Assembly: GCA_963743525.1 (NCBI GenBank) | Contig: CAVUQH010000004.1 | Coordinates: 544,001 to 608,000 of the forward strand | DNA from: an uncultured delta proteobacterium | Lineage (GTDB): Bacteria; Myxococcota_A; Polyangia; Haliangiales; Haliangiaceae | Direction: 5' to 3' | DNA length: 64,000 nt | Shown here: piece after piece, positions 57,380-64,000 of the stretch | How positions within the stretch are numbered: the stretch's first letter is position 1 | Layout of the letters: every line of letters begins with the position of its first letter | Notes under the pieces: generated by a model | Told to the model about the DNA's origin: nothing | Databases searched by the model: none | What the model saw: the letters and a program-made list of their open reading frames with translations, nothing else | Position numbers and translations under genes: made by a program

Positions 57380-57394
57380 TGGAACAGTGCTTGC
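57380..57394 (+). promoter_or_regulatory. sigma54-type promoter upstream of RAYT
   Basis: TGGAAC-AGTGC-TTGC, 13 nt before ATG 57408. Confidence 0.55.
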
Positions 57395-57407
57395 CCTAGA
57401 CAAGCGC

Positions 57408-58295
57408 ATGTCCAAACCCCGCCGCGTGCTGCCCGGCACCACCTACCTCATCTCCCGTCGCTGCTCCGAGCGCCGCTTCTTCCTCGCGCCGAGCGCGCTC
57501 ATCAATCAGATCATCCTGTACTGCCTGGCCTATGCCGCCCGCGTGTTCGGCATACAGGTACACGCAGTTTGCGCCATGTCGAACCACTGGCACGTCATCG
57601 TCACGGATCCACACGGATACGTCTCGAACTTCATGCACCGCGCTCATTTGCTTGTCAGCAAGTGCACCAACACGTTACGCAAGCGCGGCGAAAACATGTG
57701 GACGAATGATGAGCCGAGCTGCATCGAGCTGCCGGACGACGCAACCGTCCTGGCGAAGATGGTCTACGTGCTCACCAATCCGGTCACCGCCAGGCTGGTC
57801 GCCGCTGTCGAGGACTGGCCTGGCGTCTGCCTCGGACCTGAGCTGATCGGAACCAGCCTGCGGGTCGAGCGACCGCCTGTCTACTTCAGCCCCGACGGGC
57901 CGGCTCCTGAGACTCTCGAGCTCTCCATTGTCCCTCCGACCCATTCCCTCGAGAGCCGCTCTCTTCCCGCGCTCATTTGTGCTCTCCGCGAGAGCATCGC
58001 CGCGGTCGAGAAGCACACGGACGGTCCCATCCTGGGCATCGCGGAGGTGCTCGCGCAGGACCCGTTCTCGCGGCCCAGCAGCCCGGAGCCGCGCCCGCGG
58101 CGTCGGCCCCGCGTTGCGGGGGTCATCCGCGACGTGTTTCTCGCAACGCTCACCTCGATGCGCACGTTCTGGGCCCGCTACGCAGACGCCCGTCGACGCT
58201 GGCTGGCCGGCGAGACCTCCGTGGTGTTCCCCGCCGGCACCAACGCCCTCGCCAGCGTCCCTGGAGTCATTGTCGCCGACTACGTCCCTGGGTAG
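57408..58295 (+). CDS. REP-associated tyrosine transposase (RAYT/Y1 HUH)
   Basis: YLISRRC..RRFFL, MSNHWHVIV (HUH), YVLTNPV..RLV...DWPG. Confidence 0.88.
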   Translation: MSKPRRVLPGTTYLISRRCSERRFFLAPSALINQIILYCLAYAARVFGIQVHAVCAMSNHWHVIVTDPHGYVSNFMHRAHLLVSKCTNTLRKRGENMWTNDEPSCIELPDDATVLAKMVYVLTNPVTARLVAAVEDWPGVCLGPELIGTSLRVERPPVYFSPDGPAPETLELSIVPPTHSLESRSLPALICALRESIAAVEKHTDGPILGIAEVLAQDPFSRPSSPEPRPRRRPRVAGVIRDVFLATLTSMRTFWARYADARRRWLAGETSVVFPAGTNALASVPGVIVADYVPG

Positions 58296-58478
58296 TGCGT
58301 TCCCGCACCGCTTGGCGAAACGACCGGCGACGTGCGTAGGCCACCGGCTCGCCCAGCGCCGCAGAGCGACGCGTTGACTGTCCGCCCGGCCGGACAAATC
58401 GCCGTGGGCACCACCTGGACGCGCTAGTATGCGACAAGATGAGGCACGCTCGATGCCACGTCGTTTCTGCTGCGCGCA

Positions 58479-58647
58479 CCGATGTGCATCCTCGGCGCAC
58501 GCTCAAACCCCGGACGGATCTCTCCCGATGTGCATCCTCGGCGCACGCTCAAACCCCGGACGGATCTCTCCCGCACGCTCAAACCCCGGACGGATCTCTC
58601 CCCGATGTGCATCCTCGGCGCACGCTCGAACCCCGGACGGATCTCTC
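58479..58647. repeat. 46-bp tandem repeat (3 full copies plus 1 partial)
   Basis: CCGATGTGCATCCTCGGCGCACGCTCAAACCCCGGACGGATCTCTC at 58479, 58525, 58602; partial at 58571. Confidence 0.95.
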
Positions 58648-58890
58648 CCCAAAGCTGAGCGAGATACTTCTCAGAATCTGAGAAGCCGGGCGCCTCTCTA
58701 TTGCGTACCGGGATCACGAGTCATTCATGACTGGCCCGTTCATGTGGTGCGGCTCGTCGGTCATGTTCAGCGGCCAGTTCGTGTAGTACGACGAATGTAC
58801 GGGAACAATGTGAACTGCTCGCACAAATCATGCGCACAAGCTTCTGAAATGCCAAGGTTTGTCCGGGAAGAAGAACTTGCAGACGGTAAA

Positions 58891-59904
58891 TCACGGCTGA
58901 TAGAGCGCCGCCGAGTCGTTGAGCGCCTTGCGGACTCGATTCCGAAGCTCCTGAGGTTCAACCACACGCAGGTCACCGCCCCAGGAGAGCACCCAGCTCA
59001 CAACCTCACGAAGACTAGTGACCTCGAACTCAACGCGGACGCGCCCGGATGCGAGTTCTCGACTCGTCTGGGTTGGGTGCCACCTGCGCGTGGTGGCTTC
59101 CGTCCTGAGCCGTTTGGAGAACTCGACCACGACATGGTGGGTCTGAGTTCCTGAGATGATTCCGAAAGCACCGTCGAAGTAGTCGTCTAGCGAAAATGAT
59201 TCGGGGACCTCAAATGAGGTCTTTCGTTGGGCCTCCGCGCGGCGGAAGCGTTCAGCGGCGAAGACTCGGGCCGGGTCGTGCTCGCCGGTGCTGGAAACGC
59301 GAGCAGCAAGCACGTAGAGGCCGTTGCGGTAGAGGACCATTGCGTACGGCGCCATGGTGCCGGTGGACGTACGGCCGGAGACCTGGCGGTAGGTGAAGCG
59401 GACGAGGCGGCGGTGCAGGACACCGGTTTGCAGCCCGTCGAGGGCGTCCTCTTTGCCGATGTACTCCTTGATGCCGCCGTCGGGGCGGTAGGTGATGCAT
59501 TCGCCCAGGCGGGCGAGGTCGGCGCGTTCGCGGGCGGTGGATCGTTCGGTGAGCTTGTCGATGAGGCTGGCGATGTCTTCGGCGAAGGGGGTTCCTTTGA
59601 GGATGTCGAAGACGCCGCGGGCGGCGATCATGGTGAAGCGCTCGCGGGGGGTGGCGGCCATGCGAAGGGTGTCGGGGTCGAGGAGGCGAACGCGGGCTTT
59701 GCCATAGCGGCCCTCCTCTTGTTCGATGGATAGGCGCATGCCGGCGTCCTCGAGCGCGAGGAGATCGCGGCGGAGTTGGGAGCGGCTGACGCCGAGCTCG
59801 GCCTGGAGGTCGGCGAACGGGAGGCCACTTCGGCGGCCCTGGAGGCGGCGCAGGAGTCGGATGGCGCGGGCCAGTTGAGTCGGGGTGTTCTTGGGCTTGG
59901 GCAT
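58891..59904 (-). CDS. HTH-WYL-WCX transcriptional regulator
   Basis: LQAELGVSRSQLRRDLLAL; PYAMVLYRNGLYVLA, RVFAAER, FSLDDYF..AFGI; WVLSWG..LRVVEPQELR. Confidence 0.92.
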   Translation of the reverse strand: MPKPKNTPTQLARAIRLLRRLQGRRSGLPFADLQAELGVSRSQLRRDLLALEDAGMRLSIEQEEGRYGKARVRLLDPDTLRMAATPRERFTMIAARGVFDILKGTPFAEDIASLIDKLTERSTARERADLARLGECITYRPDGGIKEYIGKEDALDGLQTGVLHRRLVRFTYRQVSGRTSTGTMAPYAMVLYRNGLYVLAARVSSTGEHDPARVFAAERFRRAEAQRKTSFEVPESFSLDDYFDGAFGIISGTQTHHVVVEFSKRLRTEATTRRWHPTQTSRELASGRVRVEFEVTSLREVVSWVLSWGGDLRVVEPQELRNRVRKALNDSAALYQP

Positions 59905-59998
59905 GCGGGCTCCGGGATGCGTGGGGTTTCGCTGACATATCAGGCTGTCCGCGAGATGAACAGGCTGGCGGCGATGGTGGCGGCACAAGGAGGAACGC

Positions 59999-60910
59999 AT
60001 GACCTACCCACTTGCTCACGACGAACACGGAATCCCTCTCGACATCCCGACCGGCACGTCTGGTTGGCTAGTGCGGCGCCACGGGGGCGGCCGGGGCCGG
60101 CCCGCTGCGGTCTATGACCCAGATGGGCGGCCGCTGGTGGTCGATCTGGATGCCACGGTGGCGGACTTGCGCAACGCGGGCTGCAAGCCGGGAAGCTATC
60201 GGCTGGACGCGGTGGACGGGCAGCGGAAGTTGCTCGGGGCCGCGGCGTACACGGAGCTGCAGGGCACGGGCGACCCGGGCGACGTGGAGACCACGGGCTC
60301 GGATGCGGCGGTGATGGCGCTGGCTCGGGCGGTGGAGGCGATGCAGCGGGTGCAGGCGGAGCGCGAACGGATGCAGTCCGAGATGTTCGCCAAGCTGATC
60401 GATCGGCTGACGCCGCCGGCGCCTGCGCAGCCGCAGGGGTTGCTGGACGCACTGGGGGAGTACACGGATGCGCAGAAGCTGATCCGGAACCTCGCGCCGG
60501 AGCCGGCGGAGGAGGCTGACGAGGCTGGTGGTTCTGATGGGTTGACGAAGCTAGCGACGGTCCTGGAGCAGATCGCGGCGGGGCTTCTGTCGGTGCCTGC
60601 GGTGAAGCAGAAGCTGGGGTTGAACCCGACGGCCGCGGAAACGGAGGCGGATGAGGACGAGGACCAGGGCGACGAGGACGAGCCGGCGAAGAGCCGGGCG
60701 GAGAAGCTGGCGGACGTGGTCGCGCTGCTGACGCCAGAGGAGGCGGACACGCTCGATCGGATGACTACGCAGATCCCGCCGGCCATGCTGCAGCGGGCGA
60801 TCGATGACCTGATCGCGATGCCTCCGGAGGCGGCGGCGGCCGAGATCAGGAAGCGGCTGAAAGGGCAGACGCAGCAGGCCGAGAAGGCGACGCAGAAGGG
60901 AGCTGCGTGA
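59999..60910 (+). CDS. Hypothetical protein, first gene of the xis-int operon
   Basis: Strong RBS AAGGAGG; N-terminal WLVRR...VYDPDGRPL...GSYRLDAVD domain plus helical C-terminus. Confidence 0.75.
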   Translation: MTYPLAHDEHGIPLDIPTGTSGWLVRRHGGGRGRPAAVYDPDGRPLVVDLDATVADLRNAGCKPGSYRLDAVDGQRKLLGAAAYTELQGTGDPGDVETTGSDAAVMALARAVEAMQRVQAERERMQSEMFAKLIDRLTPPAPAQPQGLLDALGEYTDAQKLIRNLAPEPAEEADEAGGSDGLTKLATVLEQIAAGLLSVPAVKQKLGLNPTAAETEADEDEDQGDEDEPAKSRAEKLADVVALLTPEEADTLDRMTTQIPPAMLQRAIDDLIAMPPEAAAAEIRKRLKGQTQQAEKATQKGAA

Positions 60911-61176
60911 TGGCGCGGCGACGGCGGGTGGCGCGGGATCTATTGGCGTCAGCGCTGGGTGGCGCGATCGGGGCGCTGGTCACGCGTCTGCTGGCGCGGG
61001 CCGGGCTCAGCGGGGAACGGGCGGCGATCGGTGTCACGGTTGCGGGTGGGGTGGCTGCGGTGTTCACCACGGGCTCCGTGCAGACGGCGGCGGCGGGCGC
61101 GGCGGCAGCGGGTGCCGGGCAGTTGGGCATCATCTGGTTCGCGGCGCTGCAGAAGCGCAAAGCCGAAACGGCCTGA
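60907..61176 (+). CDS. Small hydrophobic Gly/Ala-rich membrane protein
   Basis: GTGA overlap; 2-3 hydrophobic GxxxG-type segments. Confidence 0.65.
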   Translation: MMARRRRVARDLLASALGGAIGALVTRLLARAGLSGERAAIGVTVAGGVAAVFTTGSVQTAAAGAAAAGAGQLGIIWFAALQKRKAETA

Positions 61177-61178
61177 CG

Positions 61179-61739
61179 ATGGCCGGCGACGTGGCGAACG
61201 ACAACCTGCCGATCGCCGAGCCGTATCTCACGACGCGGGAAGCGGCGCGGTATCTGCGCTACGGGTCAGCGTCCGGTATTCGGACACTGGTGTCTCGGGG
61301 CGAGCTGGCGATCGCGGGGGTCGGAGCTCGGGGCGTGCTGCTGTTTGCCAGGTCCGAGCTTGACGCTTTCATCGAACGGCGGGCACGCTCGCGGATGAGA
61401 CGGCTGGCGCGCCACGAAAGGACATCCATCCATGACGCGCTACCGAGGAATCACGAAGGTAGGCAAGAACAAGTATCGGGTGCGGGCTCGTCGCCTGGAT
61501 CCGAGGACGGGGAAAGAGAAGGAGGTGAGACGAACGTTCGAAGGAACGGTTCGCGAAGCCCTGGCGTTTCAGCAGGAGCTTCGCGAGGAGGTGACCGCCG
61601 CGCACGAGGCGGCGCCGCGGATGACCCTTACGGGCTACGTGAAATCGTGGCTCGCCATCAAGGTGACTCAGATCAAGCCGTCCACGACGGCGAAGTACGT
61701 GAACGATCTGGAGAACCACATCCTGCCCGTGCTGGGTGA
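61179..61739 (+). CDS. Excisionase-like HTH protein
   Basis: YLTTREAARYLR...ELAIAG...LLFARSELDAFI; tail overlaps the integrase gene. Confidence 0.8.
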   Translation: MAGDVANDNLPIAEPYLTTREAARYLRYGSASGIRTLVSRGELAIAGVGARGVLLFARSELDAFIERRARSRMRRLARHERTSIHDALPRNHEGRQEQVSGAGSSPGSEDGEREGGETNVRRNGSRSPGVSAGASRGGDRRARGGAADDPYGLREIVARHQGDSDQAVHDGEVRERSGEPHPARAG

Positions 61740-62595
61740 GGTCTACATCGATCGGCTTCGGCCGTCGGATGTGGCCAAGTTCGTCGCCCGGCAATCGTCC
61801 GAGCACGCCGGCTGGTCAGTCACCAATCGGCTGCGTCTGCTTCGGCAGATTTCGAAGGACGCACTGGCGGAGGGATTGATCGAGCGCGACTTCTGCGCTC
61901 GCATCAAGCCGCCGCCGTGTCGTGGGTACTCCGAAGATGATCCGAATCTTCTGTCGGCTGAGGATCTGGATACGCTCATTGCCGAGATCCCGGAGCAGTG
62001 GCGGGCGCTCATCATCACGATGGCGTTCACCGGGCTGCGCTGGGGCGAGGCCAGCGGGCTGAAATGGGAGGACATCGACGAGGACGCGCAGATGATCGCG
62101 GTCCGTCGCACCAACTGGAAAGGCTCACCGGTGGCGCCCAAGACGAAGACGTCGCGGCGCAAGGTGCCGGCCAACCCCGAGGTGCTGGCGGCGCTGCGGG
62201 TGCATCGGCGGCGGATGGTGGAGAGTCAGCATCCGGGGCTCCGTGCGGGCTGGGTGTTTCCCAGCAAGCACGGCGAGCTGTACAAGGGCACGCCGCTTCG
62301 GCGGGTGCTGAACCATGCCCTGGATGCGGCGGGGATCGACAAGCGGCTGACCGCGCACGGGCTGCGCCGGACCTTCAATGATCTGGTCCGGCGGGTGGCG
62401 TCGCGGGTGGTGGTGAAGTCGATCACCGGGCACACGACGGACCAGATGCTGGAGCACTACTCGATGGTCAACGCGGCGGAAAAGAAAGCCGCAAGTCTGG
62501 GCGTGCTGCGTCTGGTGAAAGGGTCGGCGACCGAAACGGGTCACCAAACGGGTCAGGCCCCGAGCGGCGACTCGGGGCCTGTCGAGAACTGTTGA
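61432..62595 (+). CDS. int: Tyrosine recombinase / phage-type integrase
   Basis: TGLRWGE, PKTK, HGLRR, TGH, EHYS catalytic residues; adjacent to tRNA. Confidence 0.95.
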   Translation: MTRYRGITKVGKNKYRVRARRLDPRTGKEKEVRRTFEGTVREALAFQQELREEVTAAHEAAPRMTLTGYVKSWLAIKVTQIKPSTTAKYVNDLENHILPVLGEVYIDRLRPSDVAKFVARQSSEHAGWSVTNRLRLLRQISKDALAEGLIERDFCARIKPPPCRGYSEDDPNLLSAEDLDTLIAEIPEQWRALIITMAFTGLRWGEASGLKWEDIDEDAQMIAVRRTNWKGSPVAPKTKTSRRKVPANPEVLAALRVHRRRMVESQHPGLRAGWVFPSKHGELYKGTPLRRVLNHALDAAGIDKRLTAHGLRRTFNDLVRRVASRVVVKSITGHTTDQMLEHYSMVNAAEKKAASLGVLRLVKGSATETGHQTGQAPSGDSGPVENC

Positions 62596-62602
62596 GAATT
62601 CT

Positions 62603-62676
<74 letters not shown>

Positions 62677-62808
62677 CGAGCGAAGCTCGCGGCCCGAAGG
62701 ATTACCCCATCCGACGGGGCGCCGCAAGACGCTTCTTGCTGCAAAATCGCCGAGATCGGGGCGTCTCGGAGGCATCTGAGGGGCTGCCTGGCTTAGGATC
62801 GGACGGGG

Positions 62809-63900
62809 ATGGAGGTCGAGACGTTCCGCTGCACCACGTGCGGTGCGCCGCTCGAGGTCGGCGATGCCGCGGGCCCGGTGCGTTGCGCCTATTGCGGGAC
62901 CGGGCACCGGCTGGTGGACCGCACCGCCGATACGGCCGGGCGTCTGCAAAAGGACCGTCGGCTGGGCGCGGTGTTCGGGCCGTATCTGTTCATGCCGGCG
63001 CTCGGGTTTGCGGCGGCGCTGGCGGCACACGATCTGTGGTGGTCGTCGTACGACGGCTATCCGTCGGTGGCGCTCGGGGTGATGGGGTTGATCGCCACGT
63101 TCGCCGGCTTTCGCATGTCGGGCGCGCTGGTCCTGGCGCTCACCGGGTTGGCGACGGCGATCAAGCCGTGGGTCAGGCCGATTCCCGGCTACGACGGCCA
63201 CTGGTTCAGCCCGACGTCGGAGACGGGTTTCTACTATCTGGTGCCCGGGGTGATCGCGGTGGCGGTGGCGCTGCTGGTGCTGGCCAGCCTGCGCATCCGC
63301 GAGGTCGGGCCGGCGCTGCGGGCACTGCGACCGCGGATCTCGGTGGCGGTGGCGCTGCTGGTGGGCGCGGCCGGTGGATGGTTCTTCGTCCATCCGACCA
63401 ACGCCGAGCTGGTCGAGCCGCATCGCGCCGCGATCCACAGCCTGCAGCAGCTGGCGCGCGAGGCGTGCGTGGCGCCGCTGGGCGCGGCCTCCGACCCGGT
63501 GGCGCTGGCACCGCCGCCCCGCTACCAGCGCTACGCCGACGGCAACGCGATGATTGCGTCGTGCGCGGCCTTCGACGATCCGTACGGGGTCAACCGCGAT
63601 CCACTGTATCTCGACGACCGGGCCAACGAGCTGTTCTCGCTGATCGGCGATCGACACGTCCGCCGGATGCAGTTCAGCGCCAACGACCGGACGCGCCGGC
63701 TGGTGGCGGCGTTCGGGCGGCTGCGCTGGCTGGTCGCCTATCGCATGAGCGACGACGGCGTGGTCGCCGCGGTGCTGGATATCCGCGCCGGTCACCTGGT
63801 CGGTGTGGCGACGGCACCGCCGGGCCGGCCGGCCGACACACGCAAAGCGCTGCTGGCCAACCTGGCCAAGCTGACGGGCGGCAGCTTCTCGACCCGCTGA
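62809..63900 (+). CDS. Zinc-ribbon membrane protein, hypothetical
   Basis: CTTCGAPL...RCAYCG followed by several TM helices. Confidence 0.7.
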   Translation: MEVETFRCTTCGAPLEVGDAAGPVRCAYCGTGHRLVDRTADTAGRLQKDRRLGAVFGPYLFMPALGFAAALAAHDLWWSSYDGYPSVALGVMGLIATFAGFRMSGALVLALTGLATAIKPWVRPIPGYDGHWFSPTSETGFYYLVPGVIAVAVALLVLASLRIREVGPALRALRPRISVAVALLVGAAGGWFFVHPTNAELVEPHRAAIHSLQQLAREACVAPLGAASDPVALAPPPRYQRYADGNAMIASCAAFDDPYGVNRDPLYLDDRANELFSLIGDRHVRRMQFSANDRTRRLVAAFGRLRWLVAYRMSDDGVVAAVLDIRAGHLVGVATAPPGRPADTRKALLANLAKLTGGSFSTR

Positions 63901-64000
63901 CTACAAGAGCGGCGACAACAGGCGCGCAAACGCCATACCCAGGCGCTTGCCGTAGCCCCATTGCGCGACCGCCTCCGCGGTGATCTCGCGGGAAAAGCGC

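Noticed and set aside
58479..58647. Possible CRISPR array
   Set aside because: Units are head-to-tail with no unique spacers, and there are no cas genes in the window
58650..58890. Small gene or ncRNA between the repeats and WYL
   Set aside because: No convincing ORF, RBS or recognisable RNA structure

Overview
High-GC window, probably from a myxobacterium (Haliangium/Kofleriaceae-like). This is inferred from three Ser/Thr kinases, an FHA-sigma54 activator, MYXO-CTERM-like tails and many Cys-rich lipoproteins. Bases 1-46 kb look like host chromosome: rmlC/rmlD, kinases, a PAS hybrid histidine kinase, oxidoreductases, an RhlE-like helicase, and a six-gene phosphate/polyphosphate operon (porin, lipoprotein, VTC, Na/Pi symporter, extended thymidylate-kinase-like protein, ABC exporter) behind a sigma54-type promoter. 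Bases 46.1-62.7 kb are a tandem pair of related islands at tRNA-Cys(GCA). The ~10.4 kb island carries a tyrosine integrase, an HTH excisionase, a divergent WYL regulator, a RAYT transposase and decaying lipoprotein cargo. The ~6.2 kb island has no integrase but keeps the same two end sequences, and carries a PG-binding/LysM/zincin effector-like gene with CpXC, HEAT-lipoprotein and 2OG-Fe(II) oxygenase genes. Several genes have frameshifts or in-frame stops, which may be real decay or assembly error. All family assignments are from motif recognition; no searches were run.
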